NCBI GenBank assembly: GCA_963662315.1
Contig: OY759353.1
Coordinates: 3,904,001 to 3,968,000 of the forward strand
Direction of reading: 5' to 3'
Source: Geopsychrobacteraceae bacterium
GTDB taxonomy: Bacteria; Desulfobacterota; Desulfuromonadia; Desulfuromonadales; Geopsychrobacteraceae
Length of the DNA: 64,000 nt
Each line of letters starts with the position of its first letter. Positions within the stretch are counted from its first letter, which is position 1. Below the pieces are notes generated by a model, which saw only the letters and a list, made by a program, of their open reading frames with translations, made no database searches and was not told the origin of the DNA. A program made the position numbers and the translations under genes. Of the stretch, positions 50,212 to 59,685 are shown piece by piece.

Positions 50212-52335
50212 ATGAATACGGAACGGGAAATATCTCATTACCGCAAATTTATTTCTGACAAGACGCTTTGTTTCCTGCTCGACCGCGCTCGGCCAGTTGC
50301 TGGAGTCGATGGCTTATGTGCCATTGACCCGTGTCGTGGATTGGAGACCGCCGCAAGTTTACATTTTGCCTGCGAGCTGTATGCAGCCGTAAAAGATGAC
50401 TTGGATTTGGTTCTTACTCAACGCGAAATAGATCGTCACTTTATCGATGCAAAAACGCAAGAGTGTGTAAAGATCAACAGCCAGAATAATATTCCCTACG
50501 CAGATTCTGCTTATCAGACCGTACTTGCAAAGCAAGACGAAAGGGGGCGGACTGTCGTCGGTCCGCTGACAGATGCCTATCATCGCAGCGCTGGTCCTTG
50601 TGTGGCAGAATTGCCAGACTGGCTTGCTCCGCCTCATGTCACCCTGTTCGGACCACCGGACTCTGCCAAGCTTTCAATCAACGCGATGAATTCGTTTCAT
50701 CGTGCAATTAAAGATGAGCCCAGGGATGTTGCTGATCTGTTAACCCGTTCCAAGAGCCTGCCCAAATGGGGCGCAGATGATGAGGATTCAAAGACTCCCC
50801 TCCACGGCGACCTGGTTTTGGCCGGCGACAATCTGAAGCAATGCTTTGACGGAACCTTACGTGAGAGCGAAGGGGACAGAACCTACGCTATAAAGGCAGA
50901 TAAACAGGCGTTGCCGATAAAACGCATTCCAGGGCTTGCCCTGCCTTGTACTTTTCTTTTTTACCATGGTAACCCGCTGCCGCTGCACATTTATGATTTT
51001 GCGTTGCACCTTTTTCACTGCAGGATGAATCCACGGGCTCTGGTTTTTTATATTCCGAAGTTGGAAAATGAGGAAGAGGCTCGTTACCTGAAAAAACTGA
51101 TCAGCACAGCTGAAGACATGATCGGGAACTTTTGCCCAAGCTACCAGCCGGGATCGGTGCGGTTGATGGTTGTGATTGAGAACCCACGCGCCATTTTCCG
51201 GGTCAATGAAATAATGGACACTCTTCAGCCGTATTTTGCTGGTGCGTCCCTTGGCTGGCACGACTACCTCGCTTCGACAGCGCGCTTGTTCAAAGAGGAT
51301 GCGCACTATCGCATCCCGGTTAAGAGTGACCCCGATATTGTCATAAAATATATCAAGGCAAGCCACGAGCTGTTGGCGAATGTTGTTGGAGGGCGTGGTG
51401 GAATCAAGGTCGGCGGTATGTATGGTGTTTTGCCGCTTAATAGCGATTTAAAAAGCCGCTCTTTTCAGGTCACCATCAAGGGTTATATTCGTGACGTAAT
51501 CACCCAGCTTAAGCGCAACCTGAATGGCTTCTGGGTTGCCCATCCTGATTTCGTGCGGATTGGTCTGGCGTTGGTTCAGGGCTGGCGGGAGTTTCAGGAC
51601 GGTGATCAGCTGCCTCTGGAGAACCTTGTTAAAGCACTGCTCCTGCCACACTATCATGCCGAAATGCTGGCTTTTATCTATGGTGCCGATAGCGAAGGAC
51701 TAGACTGCAACAGCGTTAATTTCCCCCGCGCTTTGCTGGCCGCCGACCTGCAGGAATCCCAATTGATGTCCAACAGTGATGCTGAAGAAGTCAGGTACAA
51801 TGTTTTCCAGACCCTGCAATATCTTGCAGACTGGCTCTGTGGTAATGGCTGCGTTGCCCTGCCTGCCGCAATCGAGGGGGAGATGGTCCGGGTCATGGAT
51901 GATCTTGCGACAGCTGAGCGCTCGCGTTGGGAGGTCTGGCATGAAGTTCGTCACGGGCGCTTCAAGAGTGACGATCTGGTCACTATCATTGCCGAGGAAA
52001 TCGATTTTATAACAGCAAACCGTAAGTCGGAACAAAAACAGGTTCAGGTCGTTTGGAATGAGCGAACAGCTAAATGGTATCCGGTGGCGGTATATCTGAC
52101 AGTGTTAATGATGACGCAGACCCAACCGGTGGAATTCGCCACCGAATTGCTCTTGCCCTTTACTCTTGATGCGGTGCGCGCATCTGCTGATCCGCTCGCT
52201 TTTATCTGCCAGCTTGAAGGAGATAAATACCAGCTTGAACCTGAAGTTAAAAAAATGTGGGACGCGCGACTGCAACCAATGTTGTCGTTACGCCCCGTAG
52301 ATATCAGTCAGCCAATGACCGAACCCTCTTATTAA
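50212..52335 (+). CDS. Divergent malate synthase-family enzyme
   Basis: ADDEDS..P, R.PG, FYIPKLEN.EEAR, VIEN..A....EI, G..DY..S, GGM, G.WVAHP, GNGCV, MDD.ATAE.SR in malate synthase A order; start ATG 50212. Confidence 0.75.
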   Translation: MNTEREISHYRKFISDKTLCFLLDRARPVAGVDGLCAIDPCRGLETAASLHFACELYAAVKDDLDLVLTQREIDRHFIDAKTQECVKINSQNNIPYADSAYQTVLAKQDERGRTVVGPLTDAYHRSAGPCVAELPDWLAPPHVTLFGPPDSAKLSINAMNSFHRAIKDEPRDVADLLTRSKSLPKWGADDEDSKTPLHGDLVLAGDNLKQCFDGTLRESEGDRTYAIKADKQALPIKRIPGLALPCTFLFYHGNPLPLHIYDFALHLFHCRMNPRALVFYIPKLENEEEARYLKKLISTAEDMIGNFCPSYQPGSVRLMVVIENPRAIFRVNEIMDTLQPYFAGASLGWHDYLASTARLFKEDAHYRIPVKSDPDIVIKYIKASHELLANVVGGRGGIKVGGMYGVLPLNSDLKSRSFQVTIKGYIRDVITQLKRNLNGFWVAHPDFVRIGLALVQGWREFQDGDQLPLENLVKALLLPHYHAEMLAFIYGADSEGLDCNSVNFPRALLAADLQESQLMSNSDAEEVRYNVFQTLQYLADWLCGNGCVALPAAIEGEMVRVMDDLATAERSRWEVWHEVRHGRFKSDDLVTIIAEEIDFITANRKSEQKQVQVVWNERTAKWYPVAVYLTVLMMTQTQPVEFATELLLPFTLDAVRASADPLAFICQLEGDKYQLEPEVKKMWDARLQPMLSLRPVDISQPMTEPSY

Positions 52336-52361
52336 CATTTCTCGTATAAAGGAGAACGAAT

Positions 52362-53132
52362 ATGGGCTATCCGCACGGGTTATTATCAACGCGAGCTATT
52401 GTCAAACCAGGAGAATATGCCATCATTCCGCCGGAAGGCAGGGTCAATAACGTTATTCCCAACATTGAAGCTTGTAACGTATCAATTCTCTGCTCACCCA
52501 AAATTGGCGCCAGTTTCGTGATGTACATCGGTACGGCAAAACCGGGAGGCGGCACAACCAGCCCCTTTGCAGAAGAACCCGGTGTCGAAAGTTTTATGTT
52601 TATCCTCGAAACAGAGGGTGAAATGCGGGTCGGCGTTGATGAGCAAGAACAGACTTTGAGCGCGGGTGGTTATATCTATGCCCCGCCGAATTCCGGCCTG
52701 TCGTTCAAAAATAACAGCGATAGCCCCGTGCGGTTCCTTTTATACAAGCAGCGTTATATCCCCTATGCAGACACCGCCCCCCGCTGTATCGTCGGCAATA
52801 TCAACGCCATTGAAGAGCGGTGCTATGATGACATGCACAATGTGTTTGTCCGCGACCTGTTACCCAGTGATCTCGCCTTTGACCTGAACTTTCATACTCT
52901 GAGTTTTGAACCTGGTGGCTGCCATCCTTTTGTCGAAACCCATGTCCAGGAGCACGGGGCCTATATCTATGAGGGGGAAGGGGTCTATCTTCTCGGCGAG
53001 CAGTGGTTGCCGGTGCAGAAAGACGATTTCCTGTTTTTTGGACCCTTTACCCAGCAGGCGGTCTATGCCTCCGGTCGTGGCCGACTGACTTATATCTATT
53101 CAAAAGACTGCAATCGGGATGTTGAAATCTGA
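52362..53132 (+). CDS. allE: (S)-ureidoglycine aminohydrolase (bicupin)
   Basis: RA.VK.G.YA.IPPEG.V.N, SPKIGASF, LSF.PG.CH.FVETHVQEHG, YIYSKDCNRD. Confidence 0.92.
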   Translation: MGYPHGLLSTRAIVKPGEYAIIPPEGRVNNVIPNIEACNVSILCSPKIGASFVMYIGTAKPGGGTTSPFAEEPGVESFMFILETEGEMRVGVDEQEQTLSAGGYIYAPPNSGLSFKNNSDSPVRFLLYKQRYIPYADTAPRCIVGNINAIEERCYDDMHNVFVRDLLPSDLAFDLNFHTLSFEPGGCHPFVETHVQEHGAYIYEGEGVYLLGEQWLPVQKDDFLFFGPFTQQAVYASGRGRLTYIYSKDCNRDVEI

Positions 53133-53142
53133 GGGATCAAAA

Positions 53143-54408
53143 ATGATGGAGACAGGGATACAGTCAGTACGAATCAATGGATCACGCCTGGAAGACCGCC
53201 TGTATGCTATGCGTGCGATCGGAAAAGCCGCTGGGGGTGGGGTAAGTCGCGAAGCGCTCAACGATGCAGATGTTGAAGGACGCCATCTTCTCATCCGCTG
53301 GTTTGAGGACGCTGGCTGCCAAATCCATATTGACGATATCGGTAATATTTTTGCCGTTAAAAAAGGCTTCGGGCAGGCATTGGCCCCAGTCCTCACGGGA
53401 TCGCATAATGACACGCAACCGAATGGTGGTCATCTGGACGGAACCTTGGGAATTTTGGCCGGCCTCGAAGTGATTGCAACCCTAAACGACCAAGGGATTA
53501 AGCATGCTCGCGATATCGTTGTCGCTATCTGGACCAATGAAGAGGGCACACGCTTTACGCCCGGCTGCACCGGATCTGGTGTCTGGACCGGCGTTCTGGA
53601 CAAGGATGCCATGTACCGTCTTCAGGACACCTCAGGGATTACCTTGCGTGAGGAACTGATCAGGAGCGGTTTTTTAGGCGCCGGACCTTTTGACCCTGGT
53701 CCTGTCTATGCCGCTTTTGAATTGCACATCGAACAGGGACCGGTGCTTGATGCAATGCACATCCCGATCGGAATTGTGGAAGGCATCGTTGCCCCTCACT
53801 GGTATAATGTCACCCTGACCGGAGAAGCCAATCATGCCGGCTCTACGCCAATGACGATGCGGCGCGACCCGTTGCTGGCCTTCTGCCGCATTGGGAACAT
53901 GCTTAATGACAGGGCGCATGCCTGCGAAAACCTGGTTGCTACGGTGGGCGAGATTCATGTCTCTCCCAATTCCAGAAATGTCATACCGGGGGCTGTTCGA
54001 TTTTCCCTAGATATCCGCGGCTGGAAGGAACAGCAGACCGAAGAGTTTTGTGCTCAAATTGAACTGGCGATACAGCAGATTGCCCAAGAATGTCGCTGTA
54101 CTGTGAATCTTGACAAAATATGGCATGAACAACGGACCGACTTTGACCCACGGCTTCGCCAGATAATAAGGGAAAGCTGTCAGGTGTTACAGCTTTCCAG
54201 CATGGAAATGCATAGCGGTGCTAACCATGACATGGTTTATGTCAGCCGGGTTGCACCCTCTGCAATGATATTTGTACCGAGTATTGGGGGGAAAAGCCAC
54301 TCCCCCGCAGAGAATACCGCTATCTCGGATTGCATTGCCGGAACAAACGTTTTATTCCAATCGATGGTCAGATGTGCCAATGAATACGAGCTTAAAAATG
54401 ATTGTTGA
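53143..54408 (+). CDS. M20 Zn/Mn amidohydrolase (allantoate amidohydrolase / N-carbamoyl-amino-acid hydrolase family)
   Basis: GSH.DTQP.GG..DG.LG, NEEG.RF, ELHIEQGP, G.ANHAG.TPM, NVIPG, SGA.HD, SH.P.E. Confidence 0.88.
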   Translation: MMETGIQSVRINGSRLEDRLYAMRAIGKAAGGGVSREALNDADVEGRHLLIRWFEDAGCQIHIDDIGNIFAVKKGFGQALAPVLTGSHNDTQPNGGHLDGTLGILAGLEVIATLNDQGIKHARDIVVAIWTNEEGTRFTPGCTGSGVWTGVLDKDAMYRLQDTSGITLREELIRSGFLGAGPFDPGPVYAAFELHIEQGPVLDAMHIPIGIVEGIVAPHWYNVTLTGEANHAGSTPMTMRRDPLLAFCRIGNMLNDRAHACENLVATVGEIHVSPNSRNVIPGAVRFSLDIRGWKEQQTEEFCAQIELAIQQIAQECRCTVNLDKIWHEQRTDFDPRLRQIIRESCQVLQLSSMEMHSGANHDMVYVSRVAPSAMIFVPSIGGKSHSPAENTAISDCIAGTNVLFQSMVRCANEYELKNDC

Positions 54409-54445
54409 AGGATATAAACTTTCAGCAGACATGGAGATGACAGAC

Positions 54446-55093
54446 ATGAGCGAAGCGCATGGAAGTAGGAAAAAACGCCCTAATCTCGGGGATATCGCCT
54501 ACGATGAAATAAAGGAAATGATTCTCACTGGGGAGCTTCCCCCAGGGCAACGGCTTGTGCTTGATTCACTTTCTGAAACATTGAACTTGAGCGTAACGCC
54601 TATTCGCGATGCGCTCAACAAACTGGCCCAGGAAGATCTCGTGGTTATCAGACCGCGCACCAGTCACACCGTTGTTGAGATAGCCGCTGAAGATGCATCG
54701 GATATTCTCGATTTGCGCCTGATGCTTGAAGCCTATGCCTTGCAGACGGCGGGGGAACGGCTCGCAAGTTTCCCGGTTGCATATTTCAAACGTAGCTTCA
54801 ACAAAATTGGCGAATCTGGCGATCAAAAGGAGTTCATTGCCGTTGATCGAGATTTCCATGCCCAGATTCTGGCGCTGAGCTCTAACCGTCGCTTGCCTAA
54901 ACTGTATGGTTATCTGCAAAATCTGTTACAGGTTATCTCGATTCAGGCTATTCAAACGGAGGGACGTATCGACGAAGCCAATCAGGAACATCTTGATCTC
55001 CTCGATGCGATTGAAGCTGGCAATGTTATGGCCGCGATGGATGCCTTAAAAGATCATTTCGGTAAAATAAAGCAGGTCTTTGCTGAATTCTGA
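54446..55093 (+). CDS. GntR family regulator (FCD domain)
   Basis: AYDEIKEMIL.GEL.PG.RL, S.TPIRDAL, R..LE, D..FH, EH. Confidence 0.9.
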   Translation: MSEAHGSRKKRPNLGDIAYDEIKEMILTGELPPGQRLVLDSLSETLNLSVTPIRDALNKLAQEDLVVIRPRTSHTVVEIAAEDASDILDLRLMLEAYALQTAGERLASFPVAYFKRSFNKIGESGDQKEFIAVDRDFHAQILALSSNRRLPKLYGYLQNLLQVISIQAIQTEGRIDEANQEHLDLLDAIEAGNVMAAMDALKDHFGKIKQVFAEF

Positions 55094-55341
55094 CGCGATA
55101 GATTGTTTTCACATTAGCGCATTTTCGGGTTGCTTGTAGCAAACTGATATTCCTGTCTGATAATAGGAAAACCTCAAATTATCTGAGTTTTCTGCCCCTT
55201 CTCTACGGTGTTTCTGCGTCTGTTAGCTCATTTTGAGAATAACGACACTTTTTCTCTGGTTTATAGTCATTCCTTAAGTGTCTGAAAATAAAAGAGAAAA
55301 GCCAATTGGTTTTGTTGGAGCCATTTGGTTTGAATTTTGCA

Positions 55342-55376
55342 GTCCATAATGCGTACTTATAGTTCATTATGTGGAT
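55342..55376 (+). promoter_or_regulatory. Candidate paired IclR-type operator
   Basis: Two related 15-mers GTCCATAATGCGTAC and GTTCATTATGTGGAT, 5 nt apart, just upstream of the Mo-enzyme RBS. Confidence 0.45.
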
Positions 55377-55403
55377 CAAAATAAATCAGGAGGCGAAGAC
55401 AGC

Positions 55404-57659
55404 ATGAAAAAAGAATGGAAATCGCACAACGCTGATGGGTCCTACACGGTCAGGACCTGTGGTTGGTCACCACCAGGAGAACATCCGGTTGGTTGTGGCA
55501 TGCGGCTGACAGTAAAAGATGGTCGTCTGGTTGATGTTGAAGGAGATGAAGAGCATCCGATCACCAATGGTCGCTTGTGTGTCAGATGTCTTTCTCTACC
55601 GGAATATGTTCATCATCCAAAGCGTATTACGACACCAATGAAGCGCGATCCCAAAGATCGTGGGAAGAATGCCTGGACACCAATCAGTTGGGACGATGCC
55701 TGGGATATCATCATTCCCAAGATCAATCAGCTGAAACAGGATCATGGCGCCGAGTCGATCATTGTCTTTGGTGGCACTGGCCGTGAGGCGTGTCTTTATT
55801 ATTACCCGCTGGCCTTTGCTTCCATTGGTACTCCCAATGTCAGCCAGCCGATCAGCGGTTGGTCCTGTTATGGACCGCGCTGTGCTATTACTGACTTTAT
55901 CCTGGGAGCCGGTTATCCGGAGATTGACTTTGCGGGCAACTACCCCGATCGCTATGACAACCCGGCCTTCACCTTACCTAAGTATGTTGTAACCTGGGGG
56001 AAAAACCCTCTTTATTCCAATCCTGATGGTTTCTTTGGCCATTCCATCATCGATATGATGAAGCGGGGCACCAAGGTCATCTGTATCGATCCTCGTACAA
56101 CCTGGCTTGGCACGCGTGCCGAGTATGTCTGCCATTTACGCCCAGGGACCGATACCGCTCTGGCTCTTGGTTTCCTGAACGTCATTATCAATGAAGAACT
56201 TTATGATAAAGAGTTTGTTGAAAAATGGTGCTTCGGTTTTGACGAACTCAAAGAGCGGGTCCAGGATTATCCACCGAAAAAGGTCGCTGCTATTACCTGG
56301 GTTCCGGAATCTACCATCGTTGCAGTAGCGCGAATTATGGCTCAGGCCAAACCAACCTCCATCCAATGGGGTCTGGCCGTGGACATGAACCCCAATGGCG
56401 TTCAACTGGGACATTCAATTCTGGCCCTGACCGCGATCACTGGAAATCTTGATGTTCCCGGCGGTTTGACTCTGGGACCGCCATCGTCGTTGCTTGGCAA
56501 ATGGCGCATGGAGACCCGGCGTAACCTGACGGATGAGTTATGGGATAAGCGTCTGGGTGTCAAAGCCTGGCCGGCGGTCGGGGCCGCTATGGCGACAACT
56601 CATCCGGATGAGACTCTTGATACTCTGGAAAGTGGAAAACCCTATAAATTACGGATGGCTTGGATTAACAGTACCAACGTCCTCGCTCCCTCCAGTGCGG
56701 TTCAGCCACAGCGCTGGTACAACGCGCTAAAGGAGATGGAACTGATTGTTGTCCAGGATCTGTTTCATAATCCGACCACCATGGCGCTGGCCGACATCTT
56801 CCTGCCGTTACCGACCTTTGCCGAGCACAATGGCGTGGTTATTACCAACTACGGGCGTAATGCCATTTCTTTGGGTGCCATGAATGAGGCTTTGCGGGTT
56901 GGGGATACCAAATCGGATCTTGAAGTCTGCATGGAACTTGGCAAGCGTCTACACCCTGATATGTGGCCGTTTGAAACGGTTCAGGAGTTCTTCACCAATC
57001 AGTTGCAGCCGGAGCTTGGCATTGATTTTAACGGGCTCAGCGAACTGGGGGTATACCAGCCACCCTATACCTACAAAAAGTATGAGAAGGGGCTCCTGCG
57101 CAGCGATGGAGAGCCTGGTTTCAACACAGTAACCGGCTTGGTTGAGCTTAAATCGACGTTGTTTGAAACCTGGGGAGAAGATTCTCTTCCTTACTATCAG
57201 GAACCTCCTTACGGTCCGCTGTCATCTCCGGAATTGTTCCGGGAGTATCCTCTGATCCTGACCTCCGGTGCGCGCAAGCCGACTTCGTTCCATTCAGAGC
57301 ATCGTCAGATTGCCACGCTGCGTGAGATCGATCCTTTTCCAGAAGTTGAACTGCATCCAGAAACCGCAGAAAAGTTGGGTATTGGCCATGGAGACTGGGT
57401 CGAGCTGGAAAACATGCTTGGAAAATGCCGGATGGTGGCAAAGCTGACTCCTACTATTCATCCTAAAGTGGTTCATGCTGTTCATGGTTGGTGGTATCCG
57501 GAAAAAGAAGGGGAAGCTCCCAGTCTGTACGGGGTCTGGGATGCCAACCTGAATACCATGATTCCCCATAAAGCAATTGGCAAGCTTGGTTTCGGCGCTC
57601 CTTACAAGCAGATGATCTGTAGGGCAAAGCGGGTAGAGAGTTCAAGCATTCAAGAGTAA
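55404..57659 (+). CDS. Cytoplasmic Mo/W-bisPGD oxidoreductase catalytic subunit (DMSO reductase superfamily; acetylene hydratase / catechol dehydroxylase branch)
   Basis: VEGD..HP...GRLC, WTPISWD.A, IDPR.T, RPGTD.AL.LG, ITGNLD.PGG, AD..LP, FHSEHRQ, ELHPETA..LGI..GDWV, HGWW; no twin-Arg leader; AGGAGG RBS. Confidence 0.9.
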   Translation: MKKEWKSHNADGSYTVRTCGWSPPGEHPVGCGMRLTVKDGRLVDVEGDEEHPITNGRLCVRCLSLPEYVHHPKRITTPMKRDPKDRGKNAWTPISWDDAWDIIIPKINQLKQDHGAESIIVFGGTGREACLYYYPLAFASIGTPNVSQPISGWSCYGPRCAITDFILGAGYPEIDFAGNYPDRYDNPAFTLPKYVVTWGKNPLYSNPDGFFGHSIIDMMKRGTKVICIDPRTTWLGTRAEYVCHLRPGTDTALALGFLNVIINEELYDKEFVEKWCFGFDELKERVQDYPPKKVAAITWVPESTIVAVARIMAQAKPTSIQWGLAVDMNPNGVQLGHSILALTAITGNLDVPGGLTLGPPSSLLGKWRMETRRNLTDELWDKRLGVKAWPAVGAAMATTHPDETLDTLESGKPYKLRMAWINSTNVLAPSSAVQPQRWYNALKEMELIVVQDLFHNPTTMALADIFLPLPTFAEHNGVVITNYGRNAISLGAMNEALRVGDTKSDLEVCMELGKRLHPDMWPFETVQEFFTNQLQPELGIDFNGLSELGVYQPPYTYKKYEKGLLRSDGEPGFNTVTGLVELKSTLFETWGEDSLPYYQEPPYGPLSSPELFREYPLILTSGARKPTSFHSEHRQIATLREIDPFPEVELHPETAEKLGIGHGDWVELENMLGKCRMVAKLTPTIHPKVVHAVHGWWYPEKEGEAPSLYGVWDANLNTMIPHKAIGKLGFGAPYKQMICRAKRVESSSIQE

Positions 57660-57684
57660 CCGCAGTGAAAAGAGGATATGAATC

Positions 57685-58020
57685 ATGTCGAAAAACGGTT
57701 TGCTGATTAATTATCAATGGTGCACCGGCTGCCACAGCTGTGAAGTTGCCTGTAAAAATGCCCTTAAATTGCCCATCGGCAAATGGGGGATAAAACTGGT
57801 TGAAAATGGCCCATGGGAAGTAACCCCGGGAAAGTTTGAGTGGGACTACCTGGCGGTTCCTACCCAACTGTGTGATCTCTGTGCTGACCGGGTTGCGGCA
57901 GGGAAGAAGCCGTCCTGTGTCCATCACTGCCTGGCTCAATGTATGGACTATGGTCCGGTTGAGGAACTAGCGGCCAAGGCTGCTGAAATGGGTCCAAAAA
58001 CAACAATTTTCATCCCGTAG
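57685..58020 (+). CDS. Small 4Fe-4S electron-transfer subunit
   Basis: GLLI....CTGCHSCEVACK and CDLC........PSCVHHC...C. Confidence 0.9.
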   Translation: MSKNGLLINYQWCTGCHSCEVACKNALKLPIGKWGIKLVENGPWEVTPGKFEWDYLAVPTQLCDLCADRVAAGKKPSCVHHCLAQCMDYGPVEELAAKAAEMGPKTTIFIP

Positions 58021-58040
58021 AATCTGTTCTCGCGGTGAAC

Positions 58041-58088
58041 CGTCCTGGCCATGCTTGTGCCCCATCCTTTACAGGCATGGCCAGGACG
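58041..58088 (+). terminator. Stem-loop between the Fe-S subunit and MFS genes
   Basis: cgtcctggccatgcttgt ... acaggcatggccaggacg; no T tract, so more likely a stabiliser. Confidence 0.6.
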
Positions 58089-58146
58089 AATGATCTGCTA
58101 ATGCTGGCTCATGTAATATCATCAACTCGAAAGAAGGAGAAAAACG

Positions 58147-59397
58147 ATGTTTGAGCAACATTACAATCGATGGGCAATTCTGATCGCGGCAATTGTGACT
58201 AACATCTGCTGCGGTACTCTTTATGCCTGGAGTGTCTTTGCCAATCCTCTCGGGCAGCTATTTGGCTGGGCTCCACCAGCACTGGCTCTGGCATTCACTA
58301 TTAACCACGGCCTAAGTCCCGTGGCTTCAACCGCCGGTGGGTTTGTTCAGGATAAACTGGGGGCTAAAAATGGCATGATCATCGGTGGTCTGATGTTTTC
58401 CATTGGTCTGATTCTGACCGGGACAGTTTCCAGTGTCGGTATGTTGTACCTGACCTACAGTGTTCTGGCGGGCACTGGCGGAGCCTTTATCTACTGCGCC
58501 AATCTCGGAAATACGGTTAAATTTTTCCCTGATAAACGTGGCCTGGCTTCAGGTTTATGTGCGGCGGGTTACGGTTGCGGAGCCATGATTGTTGCCCCTA
58601 TTGCCAGTGCCCTGATTATCAAATTCGGTGTGCTGACCACGTTCCAGATTCTGGGAGCTGTGTTTTTTGTCATTATTGCTATTTGCAGCACTGTGGTCAA
58701 AAGAGCTCCGGCCGGCTATAAGCCCGAAGGCTGGGAACCACCAGCTGTCAGTGTCAACAAGACCGGTGAGGTGAACATCCTCTGGCATAAAATGATTCGT
58801 GACATCGTCTGGTGGATGGTGCTGATGATGATGTTCTGCGGTACCATGTCAGGTCTGATGATTCTGGCCCATGCGTCACCAATCGGTCAGTTGATGTATA
58901 AACTGACACCGATGAAAGCTGCATTCTTCGTCAGTGTCATTACTCTGGCAAACGCAATCGGACGGATCGGTTTTGGCGGAGTGTCCGACAAGATTGGTCG
59001 TTCCAATACGATTATGGTTATGTACGTGGTTTCCGCCGTATCTTTGCTTAACCTGGCATTTACGCATAGTGTAGCAGGTTTTGTTGCCTCAGGAATCGGC
59101 GTTGGTGCCGTCTTCGGTGGTTTCATGGGAACCATGCCTGGCATTATCAGCGAACGTTATGGCCTGAAAAACTTTGGCGTTAACTATGGGATTACCTTTG
59201 TTGGTTTAAGCATGGCGGCTTTGACCGGTCCTTTATCTGCTGCAAAAGTTCGTGTTGCGACCGGATCCTATGATAACGCGTTTCTGATCGCTCTCGGGGT
59301 CAATGTTGCCGGTTTGGTTTTCGCTGCCGTTTACCGGGCTTTGGATAAACGTTCCACCAATGAACTCCCGGCCGGGGCAAAAGCAGTCGGTTCATAA
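58147..59397 (+). CDS. MFS transporter, oxalate:formate antiporter (OFA)-like family
   Basis: G.LYAWSVF..PL, GG..QDK.G, KFFPDKRGLASG, N..GR..FG.VSDKIGR, YG.KNFG.NYG. Confidence 0.9.
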   Translation: MFEQHYNRWAILIAAIVTNICCGTLYAWSVFANPLGQLFGWAPPALALAFTINHGLSPVASTAGGFVQDKLGAKNGMIIGGLMFSIGLILTGTVSSVGMLYLTYSVLAGTGGAFIYCANLGNTVKFFPDKRGLASGLCAAGYGCGAMIVAPIASALIIKFGVLTTFQILGAVFFVIIAICSTVVKRAPAGYKPEGWEPPAVSVNKTGEVNILWHKMIRDIVWWMVLMMMFCGTMSGLMILAHASPIGQLMYKLTPMKAAFFVSVITLANAIGRIGFGGVSDKIGRSNTIMVMYVVSAVSLLNLAFTHSVAGFVASGIGVGAVFGGFMGTMPGIISERYGLKNFGVNYGITFVGLSMAALTGPLSAAKVRVATGSYDNAFLIALGVNVAGLVFAAVYRALDKRSTNELPAGAKAVGS

Positions 59398-59444
59398 TCC
59401 TTCACAGTCAAGATATCAGTGTCCTCAGCATTTAGTGCTGATTT

Positions 59445-59472
59445 GGCCGGGCGAAAGCCCGGTCTTTTTTTT
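59445..59472 (+). terminator. Rho-independent terminator
   Basis: ggccgggc-gaaa-gcccggtc followed by a T run. Confidence 0.85.
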
Positions 59473-59685
59473 GGTCCGGAGAAACCTCTTGATGCTTGTG
59501 CAAAAACCAAATGTGTGGGTGATTTTTATGGAAAGCTGCCATTTGATAATTAGGAAGAGTTTGCAGCAGGTTGACAGAACAGATGCGTGGTTGCAGGAGT
59601 TGCAGATTTTTGGTCTTGTTGGTAGATTGCTCAGGGTTTACTTAGATCGTATCTTTTATGAAGTATTATCGCGTGGAGGGCTGTC

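Noticed and set aside
55404..57659. Calling the Mo enzyme acetylene hydratase, formate dehydrogenase or DmsA
   Set aside because: It lacks the C-x2-C-D catalytic Asp motif of acetylene hydratase, the FDH (C/U)H motif, and the Tat leader and anchor subunit of DmsABC.
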